Shown here: piece after piece, positions 1 to 8,484 of the stretch
Layout of the letters: the number at the start of each line of letters is the position of its first letter
How positions within the stretch are numbered: position 1 is the stretch's first letter
NCBI GenBank assembly: GCA_050945515.1
Contig: JBMNTB010000006.1
Location: 13,548 to 77,547, forward strand
Direction: 5' to 3'
Source of the DNA: Saccharofermentanales bacterium
GTDB taxonomy: Bacteria > Bacillota > Clostridia > Saccharofermentanales > DTU023
Length of the DNA: 64,000 bases
The notes under the pieces: generated by a model
What the model saw: only the letters and a program-made list of their open reading frames with translations
What the model was told of the DNA's origin: nothing
Database searches by the model: none
Program-made: the position numbers and the translations under genes

Positions 1-870
1 ACCTTGGCATCAAAAAGACAAACTTCAACAGTAGCACTAATTGGGTCACAGTCACCCAATAGTCTTAAAGCGATATTAAAGGCCAGCAGGGAAGGGATTG
101 TTAAGCCAATTCTGATTGGCAATCAGGAGAAAACTGAAGTATTGCTCAAAGATATTGACGCATATGATTTGCCCTGTGAATTTATTAATTGCGACAATGA
201 TACTGATATTGCATTGCAAGCGACCAAATGTATCCGTGAAGGTAGAGCTAATCTATTAATGAAGGGCAAGATTGGCACTGCAACCATGATGAAAGCGATG
301 TTCAACAGAGAATGTGGAATTCGAACGGGCAGTATCGTGTCTTCGGTTAATTTTGGTCAATTGGCTTTTTATCATAAAATTATTGCCATGACAGATGGAG
401 CTGTTGCTTTAGATCCTGATGTTGATCAGAAAGAAAAAATCATTGTTAATACAATTGATGCAATGCGGGTTATGGGTTGGTCACAACCAAAAGTTGCCGT
501 ATTAGCTGCCATTGAGAAGGTTAATCCTGCTATGCAGGCAACGGTAGATGCTAATGAATTAAGATTAAGGCACGAATCCGGTAAAATCTGTAATTGTTTG
601 CTTGAAGGGCCGATGGCAATTGACGTAGCATTTAGCAAAAAAGCTGCAGATGAGAAGGGAATAAAAAGCATGGTAGCAGGAGATGCTGATTTATTGATAT
701 ACCCGGACTTAACTGCAGGTAATATTGGAATAAAAACGTTAAGTTCAGATCCGCGCAATTTGATTGGCGGTGTAATAATCGGTTTGCAGGCGCCTATTGC
801 GATGTCATCCCGTAGTGCGTCAGCTGAAAATAAATATTTGTCCCTGATTCTGGCTAGCGCTATGACATGA
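1..870 (+). CDS. Phosphate butyryl/acetyl-transferase family protein (PTA_PTB fold), 5' end cut by the window edge
   Basis: The frame-1 ORF is open to base 1. It appears colinear with clostridial Ptb-type phosphotransacylases from roughly residue 18 onward (motifs LMKGKIGTAT, MTDGAVALDP, LEGPMAIDVA, IYPDLTAGNIGIK, SSRSAS). The ORF-track start at 4 is an in-frame TTG, so the true start is probably upstream of the window. Confidence 0.75.
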   Translation, partial: TLASKRQTSTVALIGSQSPNSLKAILKASREGIVKPILIGNQEKTEVLLKDIDAYDLPCEFINCDNDTDIALQATKCIREGRANLLMKGKIGTATMMKAMFNRECGIRTGSIVSSVNFGQLAFYHKIIAMTDGAVALDPDVDQKEKIIVNTIDAMRVMGWSQPKVAVLAAIEKVNPAMQATVDANELRLRHESGKICNCLLEGPMAIDVAFSKKAADEKGIKSMVAGDADLLIYPDLTAGNIGIKTLSSDPRNLIGGVIIGLQAPIAMSSRSASAENKYLSLILASAMT

Positions 871-922
871 CAGAGATAGGCTCCTGTCAGTTAAATAACA
901 ATGTAGGTATTGAGGAGAGCCT

Positions 923-2302
923 ATGTCGACACAATTTTATTTGGGTGGTCTTGCTGTTCTGCTTGCATTTGTGACAATAGGAATATTTTCAGGTTCCAAG
1001 GTTAAAACTGCCGAGGATTTTTCTATTGCGAAAAACAAAGCCAGTACACCGATGATTATTGGTTCTTTGGTGGGAACTTTGGTTGGAGGAGCTTCTACAG
1101 TAGGAACTGCACAAATGGCATTTACTTTCGGCTATTCTGCATTTTGGTTTACTTTGGGAGCAGGTTTAGCCCTAATTCTATTCTATATATTATATTCGAA
1201 ACAAATTTTAGGTTGTGGTGAATACACTATTCCCAGTATTATTGAGAAGAAATTTGGGAAATTAGCCAGTACAGTTATTGCAATTTTAAATTCATTAGGT
1301 AGTTTTCTCAGTGTAGTCTCTCAAACACTAGCAGGTGTTGCTTTGCTACGATCGATCCTAAATATCAGTGCCTTATCAAGCGTGGCAATCATTATTATTT
1401 TAATGATGATTTATGTAATTTTCGGAGGATCGCTTAGTACCAGCTATGTTGGCTTATTAAAAACTATAGTTCTTTATATTACTGTCGGTATTTGCGGACT
1501 TTTAGCCATAAAATTGATCGGTGGTTTTTCAGTCATGGCAAATAGAGATATCTTTCCACCTGAGAGATTTTTTAATCTATTTGCCCGCGGATTTGCCGTT
1601 GATATCGGATCAGGTCTTTCAATGATTTTAGGTGTATTTTGCACTCAAATATATGTAAATATTTTGTTTTCGGGCAAAGATAGAAAAACCTTACGCAATG
1701 GTTATTTCTTATCCGGTATACTGATACCTTTTGCCGGTCTTGCAGCCATACAAGTTGGTTTATATATGCATATGGCATACCCCCAGATTCAATCTCAATC
1801 TGCATTACCTCTCTTCATATTAAAGGAAACTCCTGCCTGGTTCAGTGGAATAAGCATGGCTGCCTTAATATTGACTATTATAGGCAGTGGGGCTGGAATG
1901 GGCTTAGGGATAAGTTCTGTATTAACAGAAGATATTATATGCAAATACTGGTTTAAAGATATTACTGCAAAGCAAAAATTGCACTTGACGCGAATAGTTC
2001 TTTTTGCCCTGCTGATTGTAGCATCCTTGATAACTATAGGTGCTTTGAACAATATTATTTTGGACTGGAGTTTCCTTTCTATGGGCCTAAGAGCTGTAGC
2101 AACTTTTGCCCCCTTTACTGCAGCCTTATTAATTAGCAGAGAAGGAAAGCCGCTCTCGGCAATTCTGTCTGCAGGCTGTGGATTGGTGGCGTCAATATTG
2201 GTCAAAGCAACAATCCCGACAGTAAACCCGATATTTATTGGCATAATTGTGGCCACAGTCTTCTTAATGTTGGGTTATATACGAAGGACTAAAATATGTT
2301 AG
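923..2302 (+). CDS. Sodium:solute symporter (SSF) family transporter
   Basis: 459-aa ORF made almost entirely of hydrophobic helices, with an SSF-like N-terminal pattern (GSKVKTAEDFSIA, GGASTVGTAQ). A GAGGAG Shine-Dalgarno lies just upstream of the ATG. Confidence 0.8.
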   Translation: MSTQFYLGGLAVLLAFVTIGIFSGSKVKTAEDFSIAKNKASTPMIIGSLVGTLVGGASTVGTAQMAFTFGYSAFWFTLGAGLALILFYILYSKQILGCGEYTIPSIIEKKFGKLASTVIAILNSLGSFLSVVSQTLAGVALLRSILNISALSSVAIIIILMMIYVIFGGSLSTSYVGLLKTIVLYITVGICGLLAIKLIGGFSVMANRDIFPPERFFNLFARGFAVDIGSGLSMILGVFCTQIYVNILFSGKDRKTLRNGYFLSGILIPFAGLAAIQVGLYMHMAYPQIQSQSALPLFILKETPAWFSGISMAALILTIIGSGAGMGLGISSVLTEDIICKYWFKDITAKQKLHLTRIVLFALLIVASLITIGALNNIILDWSFLSMGLRAVATFAPFTAALLISREGKPLSAILSAGCGLVASILVKATIPTVNPIFIGIIVATVFLMLGYIRRTKIC

Positions 2303-2345
2303 TTTAAATCACTTACAAATGGATTAGCTTAATGTGGTGAGGAAG

Positions 2346-3530
2346 TTATAATTGCTGAAAATAATTATTGTACTTATTTATCAGCATTGTGCGGTTCTTT
2401 ACATTAGTCTTACGAAATATATTACTTATATGCGTCTTTACTGTATGAGGGCTAATATACATGCTCTTAGCTATCTCCATTGTACTCAGACCTATTTGTA
2501 ATAACTGCAATAATTCCAGCTCCCGTTCAGTCAAATTATAATCCTGAGCAAAGCGCATTCTTATTATAATTTCGGATTCGGTTTTAAGTATTTTTTTAAG
2601 ATTAATTTGTACAATATAGAATACCTGTGGATCTGTGCCTGACTTGCCTATAACACAAGGTAATAAATTTAAATCATAGCGTTCATTACCGCACTGGTAG
2701 AACTGTGTGGGGCCACTAAGTCCTTTCTGTTTGAGCAGAAAGCAATTAATTACTTTCTGCATAAACGAACCTGAAGATGCCTTCAGGCATTCCATTTGCT
2801 CGGGTTCTCCTTCTTTTTTACATATATCAGCGCAAAACTCCTCTGCTTGTGGGTTATGGAATACAATATTGTGGAATTTGTCCAGATAAATTAAACCGGT
2901 TGTAGAGCTCTGAAAGGCGATATCAAACAGTTTATAATTACGGTTTTGCTCAGTCGATTGCAGGTATATTTCTTGTTGTCTGGAAACAAATTTGGCAATA
3001 TTTATTAAAGAATTGACTTCTTCTTTGGGGAAACCTCCCTCTTCTTTATACTTTGAAAACGCAAGGCGACCAATATAATCATTGTTGCTATCCCGGAGAT
3101 ACAGACATAGAAAGTGATAAAGTGAGCGGGAGTGCAGGTATTGGATATACTCTTCGCTTGCATAGGTTAATTCATTACTCTGCAGCACTAGTTTATCTTG
3201 CATGCCTCCTGATAGTTTAGAATGAATCATATAATCCAGAGCGAAATAATATTCATTATAATTATCCATTACTGCACGTATATCAGTATCCATGCTTGAA
3301 TCAACATAAGCGGTCAATCTCTCCAAAGGGAATCGAATGGACTTAGGTTCAGTCTGACACAAATTCTCTTTGTGTCTTTCAGTTTCCACTGGCTGAAAGA
3401 ATCCAAGATTATGATAACCAAAATGTGTACTAAGTAATTTAACTACATACTCTGGAAATGGTTGATCTAGTGGTCGCAGCACCAGATCTTCAAGGAAAGC
3501 TACAAGATTTTCCGGCTTTGCTATGCTCAA
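2346..3530 (-). CDS. LuxR/FixJ-type HTH transcriptional regulator with a large unassigned N-terminal sensor region
   Basis: C-terminal LuxR-type HTH (LTERELELLQLLQIGLSTMEIAKSMYISPHTVKTHISNIFRKTNV). About 330 aa of N-terminal sequence has no family I can name. The TTG start is preceded by AGGAGGTG at 7-nt spacing. Confidence 0.75.
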   Translation of the reverse strand: MSIAKPENLVAFLEDLVLRPLDQPFPEYVVKLLSTHFGYHNLGFFQPVETERHKENLCQTEPKSIRFPLERLTAYVDSSMDTDIRAVMDNYNEYYFALDYMIHSKLSGGMQDKLVLQSNELTYASEEYIQYLHSRSLYHFLCLYLRDSNNDYIGRLAFSKYKEEGGFPKEEVNSLINIAKFVSRQQEIYLQSTEQNRNYKLFDIAFQSSTTGLIYLDKFHNIVFHNPQAEEFCADICKKEGEPEQMECLKASSGSFMQKVINCFLLKQKGLSGPTQFYQCGNERYDLNLLPCVIGKSGTDPQVFYIVQINLKKILKTESEIIIRMRFAQDYNLTERELELLQLLQIGLSTMEIAKSMYISPHTVKTHISNIFRKTNVKNRTMLINKYNNYFQQL

Positions 3531-3625
3531 CTATCTACACCTCCTGCAAAATATTTAAGAAACAGCTGGTAACAACGAGCAATATTGATATAAATTATCG
3601 TATTTATTGCAGTAACATATGTGTA

Positions 3626-3645
3626 ATATATATATATATATATAT
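3626..3645. repeat. (AT)10 dinucleotide microsatellite
   Basis: Read directly from the sequence: atatatatatatatatatat, between the divergent LuxR-type gene and rplS. Confidence 0.95.
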
Positions 3646-3685
3646 CGAAGGTGATGAAATACATGAGATTAATCTCTTGCTATGC

Positions 3686-3704
3686 ACATTCATAATATGA
3701 ATGT
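3686..3704. repeat. 19-bp palindrome ACATTCATA-A-TATGAATGT (candidate operator)
   Basis: Perfect 9-bp inverted arms with a 1-nt centre, about 155 nt upstream of the LuxR-type gene start. Confidence 0.6.
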
Positions 3705-3869
3705 CTTTATGCTAAAATAATTATAACATTTTTCCAGTCAGAGTATAAAACAATCCTAAAAGCAATTGTTACCATATTGTGTCATGGGCTTATATAATAA
3801 CTTTCTGCATTAAAGTATTAGAAAAATCATCCTTTTTGTAGTCTTTTAGGATGAGCCCTTGGATATTTA

Positions 3870-3891
3870 AATATGTGAACAATATGTGAAC
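3870..3891. repeat. Perfect tandem direct repeat, 2 x AATATGTGAAC
   Basis: Two identical 11-bp units back to back (3870-3880 and 3881-3891) in the long non-coding gap upstream of rplS. Confidence 0.9.
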
Positions 3892-4045
3892 TGCTTCTTT
3901 TTAAATAGTGTTATGAGATGAATACCTCAGAGATGTAAAGTTTGGTAATATCTTAAGAAAACTTGTTTCTGCTCTATTGGTGAATTTGGTTGCATTGGAC
4001 TATAGTTGATAATAGTTCATGTTAGAAGGGTTTAGGCCAGAAGGC

Positions 4046-4074
4046 TTGCAGAGGTTAAGAATATCTGATAATAT
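4046..4074 (+). promoter_or_regulatory. Candidate sigma-A promoter for rplS (TTGCAG-N17-TAATAT)
   Basis: -35 TTGCAG at 4046-4051, a 17-nt spacer, and -10 TAATAT at 4069-4074. This would give a leader of about 67 nt, containing a GGATG...CATCC hairpin, ahead of the rplS SD. Confidence 0.35.
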
Positions 4075-4148
4075 CTATTTTGGCTTATTTATAGGATGGT
4101 CCGCTGCATTTGCGTGTAAGAACATCCGTCGGAGAGGAGGAACGCAAA

Positions 4149-4502
4149 ATGAGTATTGTTAAAGCTGTTGAAAGTGATTTTTTGAGAGATGCTCATGAGA
4201 ATGTTGATATTGGCGACTTTATTCGCGTCCATCTCAAGATCAAGGAAGGTGCACGCGAACGCATTCAGATTTTTGAAGGTACGGTAATTGGCCGTCGTGG
4301 CAGCGGTGTCAATGAAACAATAACTATACGTAGGGTATCATACGGTATTGGCGTTGAACGTGTCTTACCGGTTCATTCTCCTAAAATCAATAAGATAGAA
4401 GTAGTGCGAAAAGGCCGTGTTCGTCGTGCTAAGCTTAACTATCTCAGGGACCGCGTTGGCAAAGCGGCCAAGGTCAGAGAAAAATTACCAACTCGCAGAT
4501 AG
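4149..4502 (+). CDS. rplS: 50S ribosomal protein L19
   Basis: 117-aa product with the typical L19 sequence ([35 protein letters not shown]). The ATG at 4149 has a GGAGAGGAGG SD upstream. The ORF-track start at 4110 is an upstream in-frame extension. Confidence 0.95.
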   Translation: MSIVKAVESDFLRDAHENVDIGDFIRVHLKIKEGARERIQIFEGTVIGRRGSGVNETITIRRVSYGIGVERVLPVHSPKINKIEVVRKGRVRRAKLNYLRDRVGKAAKVREKLPTRR

Positions 4503-4516
4503 TATTTTGTTAATCG

Positions 4517-4539
4517 GCTCCGCTCTGCGGAGCTTTTTT
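4517..4539 (+). terminator. Rho-independent terminator/attenuator after rplS
   Basis: GCTCCGC-tct-GCGGAGC hairpin followed by TTTTTT, 15 nt after the rplS stop and 30 nt before rbgA. Confidence 0.6.
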
Positions 4540-4568
4540 AACTCTTTTAAGAACAGAGGCAGATCGAT

Positions 4569-5438
4569 TTGAAAGAGATCAATTGGTTTCCCGGACATAT
4601 GGCAAAATCCAGGCGTGAGTTATTGTCTAGTCTGACACGCGCAGATCTGATTTTGGAAGTCTGTGACGCACGTTTGCCGAGCTCGTCGCGTCATCCTGAT
4701 CTGGATAAAATGTTTAGAGAAAAGGCTGTTTGGACAATCTTGAGCAAGGCAGATCTGGCTGATCCATTGTGTACTGAGAGATGGCTTAGTCAGGCAACTA
4801 CTAACAATTTGATTTGGCTGGCTTTAAATATTCTTTCTGATAATGATCTCATGAACCTGAAACGAAGATTGCTTGATTATAATCAGCAATATATATCAAT
4901 AGCACGACAAAAAGGCAAAAAAGTGTCTCCACTTAGAATAGTAGTAGTTGGTATCCCTAATTCCGGCAAGTCTACTTTGATTAATCGTTTAATTGGCAGA
5001 AAATCGGCCCGTACTTCCAATAAACCTGGTGTTACGAGGAAGTTGGCTTGGATTAAGGGAGGAACGGATTTTGAGGTTTTAGATACGCCGGGAATACTGC
5101 CCCCACGCTTGGATACATTTGAGATGAAAAGAAATTTGGCTGCAACCGGAGCTATTCCTGACGATATCCTACCCATTGAGGAAGTATCATTTGCTCTCTT
5201 TCGCCAGCTTATAGTTGATTATCATGACTTAATTGAAGCTAGATTTGGTATTGGTATCAAATCTGAGAATACATTAGCTTTGTCCGAGAAAGAGAGCTGG
5301 GAGCTGTTCCAACAGGCTGCGCTTAAAAGGAATTGCTTAGCCAGTGGCGGAAAGCCGGATTTGCCTCGCTTCTTCAATTTATTTTTACAGGAATTCCGAA
5401 GCGGCAAGATCGGAAGAATCAGCCTAGAGTGGCCATAA
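4569..5438 (+). CDS. rbgA: Ribosome biogenesis GTPase A (YlqF/RbgA)
   Basis: N-terminus INWFPGHMAK and a circularly permuted GTPase order (SKADL before GIPNSGKST, then DTPG). It has the conserved position after rplS. The start codon is TTG. Confidence 0.9.
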   Translation: MKEINWFPGHMAKSRRELLSSLTRADLILEVCDARLPSSSRHPDLDKMFREKAVWTILSKADLADPLCTERWLSQATTNNLIWLALNILSDNDLMNLKRRLLDYNQQYISIARQKGKKVSPLRIVVVGIPNSGKSTLINRLIGRKSARTSNKPGVTRKLAWIKGGTDFEVLDTPGILPPRLDTFEMKRNLAATGAIPDDILPIEEVSFALFRQLIVDYHDLIEARFGIGIKSENTLALSEKESWELFQQAALKRNCLASGGKPDLPRFFNLFLQEFRSGKIGRISLEWP

Positions 5439-5464
5439 AGCAAAATCGGGAAGGCCGAATAATA

Positions 5465-6511
5465 ATGACAGATGTTATCCTTGGTCAATCATATAAAATG
5501 CGTATTACAGAGCAGGACGAATTGCGCTGGACTGAGATGCAAAAGTATATGGACCAATTGGCTCAACAAGGATATCAGAATATTGCAGGGGTTGATGAGG
5601 CGGGGAGAGGACCCTTGGCAGGTCCGGTAGTAGCCGCTGCCTGTATATTGCCTGCAGATAGAAAATTGCCGGGGCTAAATGATTCTAAAAAAATGACCAT
5701 AAAACGCCGGGAAGCAATGTTTGAAGAAATTTTAACCTATGCGATTGCTTATAGCATCGTTCCTGTAGCGGCACACACAATTGATCTGATTAATATTAGG
5801 AATGCTACGATTCAGGCGATGTCGGATGCCGTTAGGGGGCTTGGTGTTAAACCGGATATTGTCTTGACTGATGCTATGGCCTTGCCAGGGTTTAAGATCC
5901 CAATTCAACCACTCGTACAAGGAGATGCAAAGGTGAATTGTATTGCTGCTGCTTCAATATTGGCTAAAGTCTCCAGGGATCACTTAATGGTCGAATATAG
6001 CAGGCATTATCCACAATATGGTTTCGAAGCACATAAAGGATATGGTACTAGACAGCATTATAATGCCTTGGATAAATTTGGAGCTTCACCAATACATCGC
6101 TTGAGTTTTCTTAAGCCGGAGCACAAAGGTCAGCTGTCAACCTCGATCAGAAATATAGGCGAGAGTTTTGAACGTCAAGTGGCTATTCATTTATCCGGAC
6201 AAGGCTATGCTATTATTGCAAGTCGCTATTCTGTTCCTAATGTGGGCGAAATAGATTTAATTTGCAGGAAAGATGACAAGATTTATTTTGTAGAAGTTAA
6301 GGCTAGGTCATCAAGTTCAGCCGAATACGGTGGCGTGGCAGCAGCAATTACTAAGCAAAAAAGAAACCGTATATTTAGAACGGCTGAAATTTTTCTGTCT
6401 AATAACGGTCTACAAGATAAAATAGCAATTATACTGGCAGCATTAGTTGATCTTAATGATAATCAGGAAGTTGAACATATCACTTATCTACCAATCAATC
6501 AAAAATCATAG
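5465..6511 (+). CDS. rnhB: Fusion protein: RNase HII (N-terminal) + YraN/UPF0102 endonuclease-like domain (C-terminal)
   Basis: RNase HII motifs are present (GVDEAGRGPLAGPVV, LNDSKKM, DAMALP, HYPQYGFEAHKGYGT, ASPIHRLSF). They are followed in the same frame by a YraN-like domain (GESFERQVAIHLSGQGYAIIASRY..GEIDLICRKDDKIYFVEVKARS). The ATG at 5465 is chosen because the longer ORF-track start overlaps rbgA. Confidence 0.85.
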   Translation: MTDVILGQSYKMRITEQDELRWTEMQKYMDQLAQQGYQNIAGVDEAGRGPLAGPVVAAACILPADRKLPGLNDSKKMTIKRREAMFEEILTYAIAYSIVPVAAHTIDLINIRNATIQAMSDAVRGLGVKPDIVLTDAMALPGFKIPIQPLVQGDAKVNCIAAASILAKVSRDHLMVEYSRHYPQYGFEAHKGYGTRQHYNALDKFGASPIHRLSFLKPEHKGQLSTSIRNIGESFERQVAIHLSGQGYAIIASRYSVPNVGEIDLICRKDDKIYFVEVKARSSSSAEYGGVAAAITKQKRNRIFRTAEIFLSNNGLQDKIAIILAALVDLNDNQEVEHITYLPINQKS

Positions 6512-6613
6512 TTGGCGGGTTGTAGTTACCATAATCTAATGGCTTGTAAATATTATGTTCTATGATATGATGTAAGGACATCTTATTAGAAAGCCAGATT
6601 TTGGGGGTCAATT

Positions 6614-7336
6614 ATGAAATTAGATAAACACAGCAGTATTCCACTATATGCACAATTGCGCGAATTGATTGTAGAGCGCATTCAGGATGGTGAATACAAG
6701 CAGGGAGATAGGATCCCTTCCGAAATGCAGCTATGTAAGGAACTTGATCTGTCGCGACCTACTGTTAGACAGGCGATTTCAGAATTAGTCTCGGATGGAA
6801 TTTTAGAGATCCATAAGGGAAGAGGGACTTATGTATCAACAGAACCTGAGCGTCTAGCGATTCCTCACTTTAATGCCCTGAGTTTTTCTTTTCTTAACCT
6901 AAATTCCTATGATGAAATTGAACTTAGGCCCGTAATGTTAGTTGAGCCGGAAAGTGAACTAGATGAAATTTTTGGCTTTACGGGCAAGCATCCCGGATAT
7001 TGGTTAGCGCAGTGGCCAATATATTATGACCATCAGATTCATGGTTGGTGCGCATCATATATTCCTGTCTCGATTTTTCCCGACCTTGGACAAAGCATCA
7101 GCTCCGGCAAAAGAATGGTAGATATAAAGTCAAATAAATATGCCTTTTTGCCCACAAAAGGTAGTATTAACATCATTGCGAGACCCGCTCGTAATCGCGA
7201 AGCTAAGATGCTGGAAATCCCCAGACGCTCCTTTGTGCTTGTCGCAGAAGGCCCCTTATTTGCTCGCAATGGCAGTATCTGTGAAGTAATTAGAACTGCT
7301 TTACGTCCTGAGTTGATACGACTTGAAATTAATTGA
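6614..7336 (+). CDS. GntR/HutC-family transcriptional regulator (winged HTH + UTRA-like effector domain)
   Basis: N-terminal GntR HTH (IPLYAQLRELIVERIQDGEYKQGDRIPSEMQLCKELDLSRPTVRQAISELVSDGILEIHKGRGTYV). Total length is about 240 aa, typical of the HutC subfamily. Confidence 0.85.
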   Translation: MKLDKHSSIPLYAQLRELIVERIQDGEYKQGDRIPSEMQLCKELDLSRPTVRQAISELVSDGILEIHKGRGTYVSTEPERLAIPHFNALSFSFLNLNSYDEIELRPVMLVEPESELDEIFGFTGKHPGYWLAQWPIYYDHQIHGWCASYIPVSIFPDLGQSISSGKRMVDIKSNKYAFLPTKGSINIIARPARNREAKMLEIPRRSFVLVAEGPLFARNGSICEVIRTALRPELIRLEIN

Positions 7337-7337
7337 T

Positions 7338-8483
7338 ATGCAGAACAACGCAATCTATCTGGATTATACTGCTGCCAGTCCGATCTGCACTGAAGTTCTC
7401 AACAATTATTGCTCTGATTTGAGAGACATTTATGCTAATCCTGCTTCTAGTCATTTGGCTGGACATAAAGCTCTGGCGATGATTGAAGATGCAAGGTCAA
7501 TTCTCGCGCGAGTTTTTAAAACTAATCCGGCTGACTTGATTTTCACCTCAGGCGGAACAGAATCGATTAATTTGGCACTCAAGGGCTTATCAGGTGCTTA
7601 TACAAGACTGCCAAAGCGGATTTTAATAACGGCCGGTGAGCACGAAGCTACAAGAAGGGTTGCAGCCAGCATCAATTATGATCTAATTGAAATCAGTCTT
7701 GATCCGATATCGTGTGCAGTCGATAAGAAGGCTTTGCTTGATACCATCGAAGATCAGAATCCAGGTATAGTTAGTCTCATTTTGGTCAGTAATGAAACAG
7801 GTGCTGTAACTCCAATTTCTGACATTGTTTCCTCAATCCGAAAACTTAGCCCGCGAACAAAAATTCACCTGGATGCTGTGCAGGCAGCAGGCAAAATTCC
7901 GCTAAACTTTACTGAGTTTGACTGTGATCTAATGTCAATTTCCGGTCATAAATTCGGGTCTCCAAAAGGCATAGGCTTATTAATAAAAAAGCCGAAAACT
8001 TTATTGGAACCACTAATTCTGGGTGGGGGACAACAGTCCGGCTTTCGTTCCGGTACAGAAAATGCGCCTCTCGTAAGAGCACTGGCCACAGCAGCGGAAC
8101 TTGCTGCTGCTGATATTGAAGAAAACTACAGGAAATGCAAAAGCTATAGAGAACAGTTTATCTTTAAATTGAGCGAGCTGACAGATGAGTTCCGTATTGT
8201 ATCCCCGGCAAACGGGGTGCCACAGATATTACTTTTATCTTTCCCTCGCTTACGTGGTGAAACTTTAGTAAATGCTGTCAGTAATCAAGGCGTGTATATC
8301 TCGCACGGATCGGCTTGCTCTGGTCTGCATAGTAGGGAATATACAACTTTACGTAATTTAGGTCTTACAGATCAGGAGGTTTTAGGTGCGGTTAGGATCA
8401 GTTTTTCAAAAAATTTGTCCAGTAAAGATGTGATCAAGGCCGCACAGATAATTGGTGCTGAATACTTACGATGGAGATTATGA
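7338..8483 (+). CDS. nifZ: Class-V aminotransferase / cysteine desulfurase (NifZ/IscS-like, paired with ThiI)
   Basis: PLP-lysine motif SISGHKFGSPKGIGLL and active-site loop SHGSACSG. It lies immediately upstream of thiI, as B. subtilis nifZ does. The ATG at 7338 is 1 nt after the GntR stop. Confidence 0.8.
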   Translation: MQNNAIYLDYTAASPICTEVLNNYCSDLRDIYANPASSHLAGHKALAMIEDARSILARVFKTNPADLIFTSGGTESINLALKGLSGAYTRLPKRILITAGEHEATRRVAASINYDLIEISLDPISCAVDKKALLDTIEDQNPGIVSLILVSNETGAVTPISDIVSSIRKLSPRTKIHLDAVQAAGKIPLNFTEFDCDLMSISGHKFGSPKGIGLLIKKPKTLLEPLILGGGQQSGFRSGTENAPLVRALATAAELAAADIEENYRKCKSYREQFIFKLSELTDEFRIVSPANGVPQILLLSFPRLRGETLVNAVSNQGVYISHGSACSGLHSREYTTLRNLGLTDQEVLGAVRISFSKNLSSKDVIKAAQIIGAEYLRWRL

Positions 8484-8484
8484 T

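Noticed and set aside
3662-3671. 10-bp inverted match between the two proposed breakpoint gaps: CATGAGATTA at 3662-3671 and TAATCTCATG at 35712-35721.
   Set aside because: In about 600 x 190 nt of AT-rich sequence, a single 10-mer match is within chance expectation. I found no longer inverted repeats, IS ends or recombinase sites at the breakpoints by eye.
3458-3700. 80-aa ORF on + spanning the LuxR-gene start and the (AT)10 tract.
   Set aside because: It overlaps the LuxR-type gene start and its SD on the opposite strand, encodes (IY)n from the microsatellite, and has no SD.
6536-6563. TTATGTTCTAT half-site resembling a XerD arm, upstream of the GntR gene.
   Set aside because: Only one arm matches. 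The other side (CTAATGGCTTG) shows no XerC-arm or palindromic character. It is more likely part of the GntR promoter or operator region.
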